Source of the DNA: the human T2T-CHM13v2.0 reference genome, Homo sapiens
Strand: one strand, 5' to 3'
DNA: 64,000 bases
Assembly: GCF_009914755.1 (NCBI RefSeq)
Contig: NC_060932.1
Shown here piece by piece: positions 28,705 to 41,328 of the stretch. The notes beneath the pieces were generated by a model. That model was not told the origin of the DNA and made no database searches. It saw only the letters and a list, made by a program, of their open reading frames with translations. Position 1 is the first letter of the stretch. Every line of letters begins with the position of its first letter. The translations under genes were made by a program, and so were the position numbers.

Positions 28705-31410
28705 AATATAAATCAGCTTTGCTGCAATGCAATCAATCACAAAATCTCATTTGCATAACAAAAAGCATTTACTGTATTACTTTCTCATGCATCTATCTGC
28801 AAGCTGGCCGAGGCAGATCTGCTTTAGGCTGCAAGTCTGTGGGTTGAGCCAGCTCTGCTTCATGCATCTAACACTGGAGCCCTGTTTGGAGTGCCCACAG
28901 CTGCTCTATCAGGTCTTCCCATGGCCATGACCAAAGTGCAAGAGAGTAATCGCAACTGAGCAAATACATTTCAATCCTCTGCATACAGCACATTTGTTAA
29001 TATTTTGTTGGCCAACATAAGTTACAGAGTCAAGCTCAATGTCAAGGAGAAATGATATACGCTCTTCACATTGAGGTAGAGTATTAAAGTGAATATTTAA
29101 TTAACAATTTTAAAAAGTACTACAATCCACCCTTTTTGTTCTCAAATATTCTCTATCTTTTCATATGCAAAATACACTCACCCTAATTGCATCCATAAAA
29201 TCACAGCATCAAACTCAAAATCCAGAATCTCATGATCTACATCTGGTCTAGATACAACTCCTTTTGGTCCAGTGACCTATGAGCTAAACACAATTTATGG
29301 CGCCCCCACACACCCAATAAACCATTGTGCAACTTGGGTAGGGTATCCACAATTAATAATCCTATAGTTAAAGTCTGAGGAATGGAAAGCACCTAACAGT
29401 TACTAGTTTATAACAATTTTGGAGCCTCACAGAGCAAATCAGGTGTCCAAACAATAGGAAACTGAAATCACTGCTTGCTAACTGCTCTTGCCCCAAAGAT
29501 GGACCATAATAAGATTTATCCTGTATTGTAGCTAGTAGAAACAGGAGCAATGCTGAGTGCCACTTGGGCACTCCTCATAGGAGTAAATGAGCCTTTCTGC
29601 ACAAGGATACTCAATGGGAATCTGTATCTATACAATCATGTGAGTTGAGACAAGGTGATTCGTTTTGTCCTCCACTAATATGGAACCCACAAACACAAGA
29701 ATAATGGCCATGGTTCTTGATAAGACCCAGGTTATGCCCTCTTGGAGTTATGCCCTACTGTTCTCCAAACGTCTTGGGTTGACCCTCCTGAAGGTATTTC
29801 CTCTGCCTTCATCTTCCTTGACTATATCTAAGTGGGCATTTGAAAATAAGCCCTTCTTGGTGGCTCAGCAGTTTTAAATTCAATTTCTGGCAATATAGAG
29901 AGCAAGAGGTTTTGGTTACATTTCTAACATCTTGCGTTGTCTCATAGCCTAGACTGATGGCTGTTTTGCAGATATATGTCTCTCAAAAGCTTGTTTTGTT
30001 TTCTATGTATACACTTAAATTCTAGTTAAATACAAGTGCCAAAAGCCACACCCAAAATTCTCTCCAAGGCATGCCTCCATCTAGACTTAGTTATGGGCTC
30101 TTTGGGTACATTAGTCTTCTGAGGGGCCTTGCCCTTAATTTTTCTAGAAGCCGTTTCATCCACCTGAGAGGATCTGCTAAGCCCTCCTTTAATTATTAAT
30201 ATCTCATATGTCTTAACAAAGAATGTTAAAGCCATCATTAACTTGGTCTTTGTAATTACCATCCTTGTTTTGATAAGAAACTATTTTATTTTCCATACCT
30301 GAGATTTCTGGACTCTCTATAGTCTCCATAAATCCTGTTTGCAAACTGAGCTCATCTTTTTCCTGTAGCATTTTATTAATTGTGATTAATAAATATCTGT
30401 CCATGATTTTAAAATATCACCTCAAATGTTGTAAGCTTATTAGGTAGATTTTTCTGTCTTCTGAGTTACTGCAGGCAACAGTTTTTTTCAAATATTTTGT
30501 TATTTGATAACATATGTCACCACTTTTTCTACCACCTATGACAATTTCATTACTCACTGCCTGGTCTCAAAGCCAAAGCCAAATACTACATCATTCAGTT
30601 ATTACTACAACAATATTTCATTAAAAAGACACCCAAAATTTAGTGGTTTATGGTCATAAACGTTCATTCCCACATTTACGTATCTTCATGCTGGCTACTG
30701 TTCAGCTAACTAGGGACCAATTTAGCTGTGGTGGCTCTATGTCAGGCCGTAACTTGATTGGATTTGGTTCCACATGACAGCAGATATCTAGGAAATGTTC
30801 TTCTCCTGCAGAGGATTGTGTTGAGAGATAAAGCTCCATGGGTCACTCACATCTCTGCACATATTGAGAGCAGAGGCACTGACTGTCTTTGTTTCAGACC
30901 ATCTTTTCAAGGATGTATGGCAAACAGCCTTGGAATACAGAAATAAGATCTCCTTCCAGAATCAAAGGCAGACATGTTGAGTTTCCATTATAGAATATTT
31001 GGGCTCCCTAAGTGCAGAGTTTCTCTCTTGTAATGCAACTCACTGTGAGTGCAGTAATCAGGTGGCCTTCTTCATATTGTCCTGTAGGAACTGGAGCTTG
31101 GGGAACCAACACAAGAAAATATTGATATTCTAGCTACTGTTATTGCTGTGAGTAATAAAGTTTTTTGTTTCTGACATAGGAGTCTCATGTCTTCTTCAAG
31201 TATCCACGACACTGTGGCAGAGTAATTTGTTAGCTTGCAAATAGAGTAAAATATCAGACTATTAATAAATTTTGATTATTAAAAGTAAAACAAATCACAT
31301 AGCAAAGCCCAACATCAATGGTGTGAGGAAAGTATAATTCTACCGTGGAGGTGGGAGAGTGGGAAAAGTAAGAAGTAAATATTTGCTGAATGACAACCTA
31401 ATATACCATA
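28705..31410 (-). mobile_element. Degraded MLT1 MaLR provirus (LTR ~28705-29125, internal ~29125-30590, LTR ~30590-31410)
   Basis: Two similar reverse MLT1 LTR ends (caagctcaatgtcaagg...gtgaatattt...tacaatc and aaagcccaacatcaatgg...gtaaatattt...taatatacca) flank MLT-int-like sequence (caaaatacactcaccc, cccccacacacccaat). Confidence 0.6.
30819..31277 (+). mobile_element. LTR47-like ERVL solo LTR nested in the MLT1 LTR
   Basis: tgttgagagata..ctccatgggtc...agcagaggcactgactg...gctgtgagtaataaag...ttgttagcttgcaa. Confidence 0.8.
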
Positions 31411-32295
31411 ATATCTACCAGTAGTATCTATCATTTCTTCTCATTTACAACACATGGATTTTATTGTAAAAATAATAATCTGTAAGTGCTGTCTTCGTAG
31501 AATTGAGAAACAGAAATTTAAATGGCTCCAACCTCCATTGTGTTAGTCTTTTTCTATTGCTTAGAAACACATATATTTCTCATTCCTATTTTGTAGATTT
31601 TCTTATTGCATTTCCCCTTTCTGATCAAAGGCTTTTTCTCAGATCTTTAATGCCAGCGAAATATTTTAATATAGACAGAATTAATAAAAGTATTAAAAAT
31701 AAAGAGAGAATTATAAAAATGACACTTCAGGTTTGGAGTTGAATGAAAAGAAACCGGTGGGTTGTCTAGGGGTTTTCTGAAACTAAACAAGAGAGCTGGT
31801 AACTGTCACTTCTCTTAACACATCTACCACCTTTTGGACTCAACTAAAGCAGCAGGTATTACTAAAGACAGCATGGTGAAGGATAAGTTTAGTTTAGCTT
31901 ATAGAGTATGCTGTGATCTTACTTGCTCAATCCATGACTGTTAAATTAACACCTTTTGTAACAAAGACTGTTTCCTTGCACACATATAACTACAAGGGAT
32001 TCACAGAACACAAGAAGCAAAATCACCCCTCATGGTAAGCTGTTCTGCAATCGGTAATGGATAGGGATTTCCTACCTGGTTTCAGGTATATAGGACAAAA
32101 GCCTTGCAAACAAAAGGCAGATTAGATTTTGAAGTTAAAGCCAGTCCAGTATTCCCAATCAACAGAAAACTTCATTGAAGCTCTGAGAGTTTAAGCACTG
32201 AATTAAAAACAAGTTATTTTCAAAATTATAATTAAAATCAAGATTTGTAAATAGGTGTTGTGTCTTTTATGTTGGCACTCTACCTACTTGTCATA

Positions 32296-32732
32296 TTCCC
32301 CAAACTAAAGTTATTGTTATCTGAGAGCCTCAGGTAAGTTAAAGACAAAAATTAAACATAATAATTAATAACTAAGTAATAATTCATAAGTAAATACAGA
32401 AATCGTACATATCTATATGTAAGAAATGTTGAAAAACAAAACAATAAATCAAATCCTCAGGTTTTGCACAATGTTTGATTTTTTAAAAATTTTCTGCACT
32501 TATTATAATCTAAATATTTGCCTTACATTTCATTTTCACTGGACAAGTATTGTATTGAAAGTCTATGACTGCAAGAGAAAATAGCACTATTCTTGGCACT
32601 ATGGATACCAGTATAGCCAACACTTGCTTACTTATTACTTATTTACTGATGAATTATTGCTTACTTATTATGTTTAACTTTTGTCTTTAATCTACCTGAG
32701 GCTCTCAGATAACAATAACTTCAGTTTGGGAA
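32296..32732. repeat. Inverted repeat, ~95-100 bp arms (32296-32396 and 32640-32732), ~243-bp spacer
   Basis: Arms aligned by hand, including a 29-bp perfect core tacctgaggctctcagataacaataactt. Confidence 0.92.
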
Positions 32733-32999
32733 AATTCTAAGGCATCTTCCCAAACTGAACAAGTAAAGTCAAGTCCTCTGGTTTTGCATTCATATGTACA
32801 AGCGTAATGGACAGAATTAGGGCAAAGTCTGATGAGGTTCTGATGAACTAGGTAGGTTCAGGGGGAGGGTGCAAGGGGGATATTGCCCCAGCAACACAAT
32901 TCCTACAATGGGAAAAAGACCAGATCGAGGTTAAAAAAAAAAAAAAAAAGCTAAACTTTTGGTTCTTTGAATGTCACATTGGCAAGTTTAAACTTTTTC

Positions 33000-33215
33000 T
33001 CACAAGCTGTTTTAAAGCAGAAAAATTACATGATCTATGTTTTAGAAAAGCTCTGGGCAGAGAGAGGGATGGCTTGGAGAGATCAAAACCTAGAGACCAG
33101 GGCAGCTAGAGGACAATCACTGAGCCCTTGAGAAGAGATGACCGAAGGCCTGACAGATGGGGTCGAAGTGGAAGGGGCTTCACTGAGGTTGACTTGACTG
33201 AACTTAGTGACTCAT
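33000..33215 (-). mobile_element. L2 fragment
   Basis: catgatctatgttttagaaaag...gagaagagatgaccgaaggcctga resembles reverse L2. Confidence 0.5.
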
Positions 33216-33679
33216 TTTATAATTTTATAAAATTTCTATAATATTATCAAAACTCTTCAAAATGAAGCATCAGTAATGGTCCTTTTATTTTTTTAATAAA
33301 ATGTGAACATATAGAGGAAAATATAAGGAAAATCCACTGACCCACCACCCAACTTAAACAATAAAATGCTATAAATATAAATAAATCTCACTATGTGATC
33401 TTCCCAAAACTCAAGTCCTCCCTCTTGCTCAAAGACTACATCCACCTTAAATTTAGTGTTTATTTATATTCTATCTTTCCCTTCCTCTTATCTTTTCCCT
33501 TTTCTGTTGTCATAACTGTCTTTGCTCAATGAAGCAATATTTACCTGCTAAATGACAATTTTAACTATTTTCTATCTGTCTGCATTCTAGAGGAAGTCTC
33601 TCCCTTCACTACAAATTTGGCTCTCACACTATGGTCACAGCAATTCTCTTCTGTACATGGCATAAAACTGCATACATTT

Positions 33680-33900
33680 TTCCATTTATTCCTCAAACAT
33701 TTGTTAAAAACTAGTTATGTGCCAACTACTCTGCTAAGCAACTGGAAATATTATGTCAATAGACATGGTGGTCCCACTGTAATCACTTACTAAGTATATG
33801 CTGAATGAGTGAATAACAGACTCTCCCTGCCCTCAAGAGCATCTAGAATAATGAAGGAGAAAGACACAGATAAGCAATATTGAAAGGAAGAATAAAGGAC
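33680..33900 (-). mobile_element. L2 3' end fragment(s)
   Basis: catttattcctcaaacatttgtt...tatgtgcca...tctccctgccctcaagagc. Confidence 0.55.
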
Positions 33901-34309
33901 TGTAAGAATACGAAACCCATAAAAGTATTCCTTTGGCTTATTTCATGGTATTTCAGGATCTTGTCACTTAATCTAATGACTCGTCACTAAAACATTTTGC
34001 CAACCACCACCATTCTTACACCTTTATGAGGTAGACATATTAAGAAAATGTTCTTACTAGCCAAGATCAGAACCTCCTACAAAACATCCCAGTGCTATCC
34101 AGACAATATTGACTTCCCCGGAGTTGTAGTGGAGACATATCCCCTGTTTATTGCCAGCCATCAGCTCAGACCCCATCTTATCAAACCCCTAGAAGTCTGT
34201 CCACACAAAAGCCACTCCAAAGAGATTTCCTTGTCTTCCTACTTCCAATAGTGAGGACCTACTTTGACTATGGGATGAGAAGAACTACTCCCTCATCATA
34301 GTTACCTAA

Positions 34310-34740
<431 letters not shown>

Positions 34741-36585
34741 TAGGAAAAGGGCATGGCAATGAAAGTAAGCTTTGGTGCCCTTAGCAACTAATTATGGAAA
34801 AAACAATGATAATAATAATAACAACAATAACAGCATAGTAACTGAAAATGGGGCAGCTTGAGCAGAAAAAGGTCTGTGATGGAGAGGGCATCTTGTTGAA
34901 AGCAAGTGCAGGGACTGGATTGATCGCATTGCTCATTTGTTTAGTAGACAACTAAGAATAGGGTAAGAATTCACCTTCTCTTTGCTTGTCACACCATGCT
35001 GTGGTTTCATATTGCCTGAGGCAGCAGGGCCCCTACTGCAGTCTGTGTTAGTAACAGAAGAGTTATTTCCATGGTTCCCTTATGGTTTCTAAAGACAATA
35101 ATATATATTTTTAAAGCTTGGCTGATTTTATTCATGGAATCCACCCAATAGCTGACACATTAAAAGTGGCATAAGTCCATATTTTGTAACATGTATCAAC
35201 ATCTCACAGTTATGATAGAAAGATCTTTTAGAAATGATATCATCTACGACAGTCCTGCTCAGATCATCACACTGATGGTCAGCCTTGCTGAAGGGAACCA
35301 GGGTACCCTCATTGTCCCTGCTGGCCAGTCTCATCGAGGCCTCTTAGGATAGGATAGATGCAGAACAGCAATGCTCTCACCTCAGGTACCAATGCCAATG
35401 GATGGGAGGCCACAGAGAGCAATGCACCGATGGAGGGAGGCACTTGTAAGCTCTTAGGGTGAAATGTGGTCTATTCTTCAAGATGGAATGATTTACTCTT
35501 CTTAGTCATCATCTTTCCAAGAAAAGTTTCCACAGAGGGCATAGTATTTGAGCTGGATTTTGAAGGAAAAATAAGAACTCACCAGGTGGGTAAGTGGGTG
35601 AAGTCTTAACAGATGCAAAAACATAAAGGTATTGGAATGTTCTCAGCCTGTATCAAGATGAGCTGTGAGGCATATGTGCATTTTTATATGAGATCATACT
35701 CTGCCAGTTTTGTGTATTTTTTTCTTAAATATTATATCAGACTTCAAAATTCTTGAAAATGTCATGTTTGAAAATGGTATTTTATTATACACCTGGCCCT
35801 AATTTATTAACCATTCATTAATTGTTAGGCATTTTTAGGATTTTCCCCAATCTCTCTGTGTTATAAGCATGGCTGCAAAGAATATCATTGCGTATACATT
35901 TCCATCTGATTTTCTGATTATTTACTTAGCATATATTCCCAGAGGTGGAACTGCTGAGTAAAAGGAAATGGAATTATATGAACTTCTATATTGATAAAGT
36001 GCTCTCCAGAATTTTTTCCCAGGGGTTTGAGTTTCGATTGACCCTACATCTGGTTCTGTGAGACAGTGTTTGTTTCACCAAAGCATTTTCATCTTTGGGT
36101 ACCAACTTTTGTCAAAGCTTGCTAATGTGATTGAGGTACATTGGAGTGACATTATTGGAATTTGTTTACTTTTTTGAACATTTTCTTGCAATGTAAAAGA
36201 GTCTTTTGTGCATTGAATATAACAACATCCCTCCACTTTTGAAAAGGTGGCTCTGACTTGGAGAATATCACCTTCTACATTGTTTCTGTCTTACCAGAAT
36301 CTAGGCAGTAGAGAGGAGTACTGCCTAACATTTTGATCTGGCCTAAGTGGGGCATGGAGGAGAGGGAGGAGAAACTTTAATTTCCACATTTCTGCCTCAT
36401 GTTTGAGTAACTAAAGGTTTCTGGGCCTGTTGTTTGATAAGTTCCTGGGCATGATCTGGAAGCAGAAGGATGAGAAAATTATAATTAACATTGCACTGCA
36501 TAATAACATAATGCTCCACATTGCCTGTAAAAAAAAAAATCTCATTTTCCTTATTTTCTGAAAAGCATTGTCTGCTTTTGAAAGA

Positions 36586-36613
36586 TGTGTGTGTGTGTGT
36601 ATGTGTGTGTGTG
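36586..36613. repeat. (TG)n microsatellite
   Basis: Read directly. Confidence 0.85.
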
Positions 36614-36629
36614 TTCTCTTCACAATTAT

Positions 36630-37115
36630 ATAAATCAAAATTTACATGGTCACATGTGAACAGAAACTGAACTCAAAATAGCTGAAGCAATAAGTCATCG
36701 TTCGCTTAAGTAAGTGAAACGTAGGGGCTCTATTCAGTTATTAAAATGATGATCATGACTCCTATCATTTTCTCTCTCTTTGTTTTGGCTTTATTTTCCT
36801 CTGTGCTGGCTTTGCTCTCAAGCAGGCTTTCTCTATGTAGCAGTCTGCATGGCCCTCACCACCTCCATCATTCACAGGACTTAGTGTTCAAAATCTCAAA
36901 AGGAGAGGATACTTCTTTCCCAATCATTTTAGTAAAAATCCCAGAGAGGGCTTTGGTTTGTCCATCTTGGAATATATACCCATTTTAGTATCAATCACCA
37001 AGGCCAGGAAAGATGTGGTACTCTGCTTACTCTTGGAACCAGAGATTAGGATCAGCCCCAAATGAACCACCTGGGCTAAGAAATGGAAAAAGTGCAATCC
37101 CCCAAAGATATCCTA
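36630..37115 (-). mobile_element. Old MLT1 LTR
   Basis: gaacagaaactgaactcaaaatagctgaagcaataag and ctctcaagcaggctttctctatgtagc motifs. Confidence 0.55.
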
Positions 37116-37118
37116 GGG

Positions 37119-37302
37119 CAGTATTAGGTGGGTAAATGATTCCCAGTTGGCTCTCTGGAGTAGAAAAAGTATCTGATTTGTAGCAATTGCTGATTTCCAT
37201 AGTGTAAGCACTACCACAATGATTGATTTCAAGCAACCAACAAGATAGTGCTGAAGCAAGAATTAAGAAGAGATGCGTATGATTGGCTCTCTCACACCAC
37301 TG
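37119..37302 (-). mobile_element. MER63A-like hAT DNA transposon
   Basis: cagt...ctgatttgtagcaattgctgatttcc...gatttcaagcaaccaac...cacaccactg termini. Confidence 0.75.
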
Positions 37303-38074
37303 TGGCTGGACCAAAAAAGAAGGCTCAAGCAGAAAGCACCACCTCCCACCTGAATTATTCTGCTTAATCTTCCAACCTCACCCCACCAAACTTCATACAC
37401 CATGAAATATTATTATTAACAGTTAGATTGATAAATTATACTTTGGAAAATTTTATCCCAGGGATTACCTTGATATGGAAAGGAAGATGGAACCACGAGA
37501 TGACCAAACCCAGAGCAGAGAATGGAGTTTTTCTAAAGTTGGATAAGGATTTCACAGTAAAATTATAGGGCAGACCCTCTCTTGGAGTAGGGTGCACCTC
37601 AAGACTAATAAGCATATAACAATGGTGATTCCCTTCGATTTTTGAGAAAGTCATATTTAGTCTTTTAAGTTTTTTCAATCCCTGAACATTCAGCATACCA
37701 TGTTACATGCATACAAAGGGAAAGAAATGGAAAAGTGGTCTTTCCAGTGTTAGCCACCTACCAAGGCCAGTACTGTAGCGAAAGCACCGAATTGAAGGAG
37801 GAAAGTATGTCTAGAGTTTCAGGAGGTAGTGACAAAGCTGGAGGACACTCAAAATAGAGTTGGGAGAAATGGGGAGTTGGAAGCATTATGGAGAAATTAC
37901 CGAACGTGAAAGGAACAGGGAGCAGATTAAGAAGAAATCTCCTTTTCCTTCAAATACACTCAATAATAAAAGTAACCTATGGAAAAGATGTATTTTCTTC
38001 TTCAATGAATTCCTAGTCTATGTCCTTAGCTCATTTTTCTTTCCTTTGTGCTTTTAATGTTTTAGTTTTGATTT

Positions 38075-38570
38075 ATGTTTGAGATTGGTTTTCCTAGAAG
38101 AAGACCCTGAGATAAGAATTTGAACAAAAGCAATTTATTAAGAATTATTCCTAGGGAAAACTAATAGGGGAGTGGAGAAATTGGACAGGAAGGGGAGGAG
38201 GCTGAACAGGTTTGTGGCATCCACTGAAGTCCCATGGAAAATAACTTTGGTACTACTCCCAGGTAAGGTCTGGAGATGATAGAGATCACATCTCTAAATT
38301 GTCCTGATCCAAAGACAAGGGAGCTCTACCTCTTGGCCCTTGGTTAAGGACTCTTCCTGGGTTGGAAAGATTGGGTTCAGGCATCAATTCCCAGGCAGCT
38401 CTGACTCTCCATAGGTGTTAGTAAAAGCATGTTCAGGTTGGCTAACAGCAGTCTCCAAAGAAGACATGCAGGTACTAGTAGTGTTCACAAGGGAAATCTC
38501 ACCAGAAGCCAGTGACAAAAATGGAAAAGGATCCAAGGAAATGTGAGTAAAGTGCTGACAGTGTTCACTA
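38075..38570 (-). mobile_element. ERVL LTR (LTR16/33/41 group)
   Basis: agaagaccctgagataagaatttgaacaaaagcaatttatt is the reverse of the ERVL LTR 3' end. Confidence 0.55.
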
Positions 38571-39471
38571 TAATTCTGCTATAATTTGCCATACTACAAG
38601 TGTTTTTATACATTATCAATATTAACTTTTGTCATACTTAGTGAATATGTTTTCCCAAGATCATTGTTGGATTTTTAATTCTGGTTATGTTATTTTCTGA
38701 TATGCAGATGTTTTCAATGTTGATGCAGAAGGATGTTAATTATAATTTCTTTGCAAAGAAGGGACAACATAAATCTTGCTTATCAGTACCTACCAAAAGC
38801 CCTAACATGTATTAAGAGGTTAATGAATATTGAGATTATACTTTATATAATTTTGTATATTTAGTATTTTCCAGTTTGGGAAATGGCTCTTAATCATAAA
38901 ACCATAAAACCTTTCCCAGATTTCAAAATATTTCTCTCGAGAGTTCCACTTCAACGAAGAATACAGAAAGATGCAAGAGAATGTCACTCCCACTTTAAAA
39001 ATGAAAAAAAAAATCCAGATCTAAAAAATCATAAACTTTCTTAAGTTCATTAGCAGGCTGATGTCACATGGCAAATGTAAATTTGCTTCCGAGAGAAGAA
39101 TAAAAGCAAAAACCATCTGCCTTGGTGAAAAGAGGAGAAAATGCATCTGGGCACAGGATCCTGTTCTAATACAAAGCAAAGCATATGATAAATAAGATAA
39201 ACATATAAAAGAAAGTCTTTGTGACTCTGGGTTACAAAAGATTTTTTTGGATAAGACATAAAAAGGAGAACACATAAGAAATAATAAATTGGATTTTATC
39301 AAAATTAAAAACTTCTGATCTTTGAAAGCACTGGTAAGTTAAAAAAAAAAAAGACAAATCACAGACAAGGAGAAACTATTTGGAAAATACACATCTGATA
39401 ATTGGTATCCAGAATCTATATAAAAAAAAAAAACAACTTACAACTCAATTTTTTAAAAAATAGCCAAATCT

Positions 39472-40585
39472 TTTTTGCATGTATTTATTAACTTATTTTT
39501 ATATATTTAGATACAAGTTCAGATATCATCCATGCATATATGGTACCATGGTGAAGTCTGGGCTTCTGGTGCACCCATCACTCAAACAGTGAACACTGTA
39601 CCCAATAGGTCATTTTTCAACCTTTACCGCCTCTTACCCTGCAACCTTTTGTAGTATTCAATGTCTATTATTCTACTCTGTTTGTCCACAGGTACCCATT
39701 GTTTAGCTCCCACTTATAAGTGAGAATATGCTGTATATGATTCTCTGTTTCTGAGTTATTTTACTGAGGATAATGGCCTCCAGTTCCATCCACGTTACTG
39801 AAAAAGACATGACTTCATGTCGTTTTTACTGCTATAAGGAACACTTTATAGTAGTGTTCTATAGTGTATCTTTTTTATATAATGATTTCTTTCCCTTTGG
39901 GGATATACCCAGTAGTGGGATTGCTGGATCTAATGGAATTTTTCTTTGAGAAATCTCCATACTGTTTCCATAAATGTTGTACTAGTTTCTATTCTCACTA
40001 ACAGTATATAACTCTTCCCTTTTCTCTGCATCCTCACCAACACCTATTGTTTTTAGACTTTTTAATAATAGACACTCTGTGTAAGATGGTATCTCATTGT
40101 GGTTTTAATTTGCATTTCTCTGATTATTAGTGATTTTGAGGATTTTTCATATTTTTGTTGGCTGTGTGTATGTCTTCTTTTGAAAAATATCTGTGTACTT
40201 CACCCACTTTTTAATGGACTTATTTTTCTTTCTTGTTGAGTTGTTTGAGTTCCTTGTATATTCTGAATATTAGCTTTGTCAGATGCATGGTTTGAAAATA
40301 TTTTTCCCATTCTGTAGGCTGTCTGTTTACTCATTGATTGTTACTTTTGCTGTGCAGAAGATTTTTAATTTAAGTCCTATTTTCTTTTTTCTTTTCTTTT
40401 TTTTGCATTTGCTTTTGAGGACTTGGTCATAAATTATTTGCCTGGGCCAATATCCAGAAGAGTTTTCTGAGGTTTTCTTCTAGAATTTTTATAGTTTCAG
40501 ATCTTATGTTTAGATCTTTAATCCATCTTGTGTTAACTTTTATATGTGGTGAGAGGCATGGATCTAGTTTCATTCTTCAGCATAC
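39472..40585 (-). mobile_element. 5'-truncated L1PB4-like element
   Basis: Reverse L1PB 3' UTR (ggtgaagtctgggctt...gtacccaataggt). 14-bp TSD aaatagccaaatct at 39458-39471 and 40586-40599. Confidence 0.88.
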
Positions 40586-40715
40586 AAATAGCCAAATCTC
40601 TAAAACTGACCAAAGGTTTGGACACCTCACCAAAGAAAATATATGAATGACAAATAATCACATGCAAAGATGGTCAACATTAATAGATGTAAAGGAAAGC
40701 AAATTAAGACCACTA

Positions 40716-41328
40716 TGGATGGGCAGGAAAGGGTTAACTCAGGAGGCCTGTGTTGCTCAAACCCTGCATATTCCAAAGAAAGACCTGTCTTCAGGACTAG
40801 CCCTTGGGCTGTTCCTTTGATATAATGATTTCTTATTCTTATTTCTGGTCAGGCAGAATATTCCTGAATATTCAGAGAATATTCTGAGATTCCATACCAG
40901 TTTGACCAGATAAGTTTATTCCAGCAATGTGATTTATGATGAACACCTGGTTTTACTGCAATAGGGATGAAGTGCAGCATCCAGTCAGAGGAGCTGCCAG
41001 TCACATTCCCTGTGTTACTGACCCCTAGTAAAACTCTCGACACAGAGACTCAAGTGAGCTTCCCTTGTTGAAAACCCTCACACATGTTGTCACACATCAT
41101 TACTGGAAGAATTAAGCATGTCCCCAAGTGACTCTACTGGGAAGGGACACTTGGAAGCTTGCATCTGGTTGTTCTTGGACTTCATTCCATATGCCTTTTC
41201 CCTTTGCTGGTTTTAGTCTTTATCCCTTTACTATAAAAAATATAATCATGAATATCATAGTTTTTTCAAATCCTTCTAGTAAATTACTGAGCCTGAGGAT
41301 GATATTAGAGATTGCTAATGTAGTGACA
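40716..41328 (+). mobile_element. MER77/MER68-like ERVL LTR
   Basis: aaagggttaactcaggaggcctg...caaaccctgcatattccaaagaaag...gactctactgggaagggacacttggaagct...gtgaca. Confidence 0.75.
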
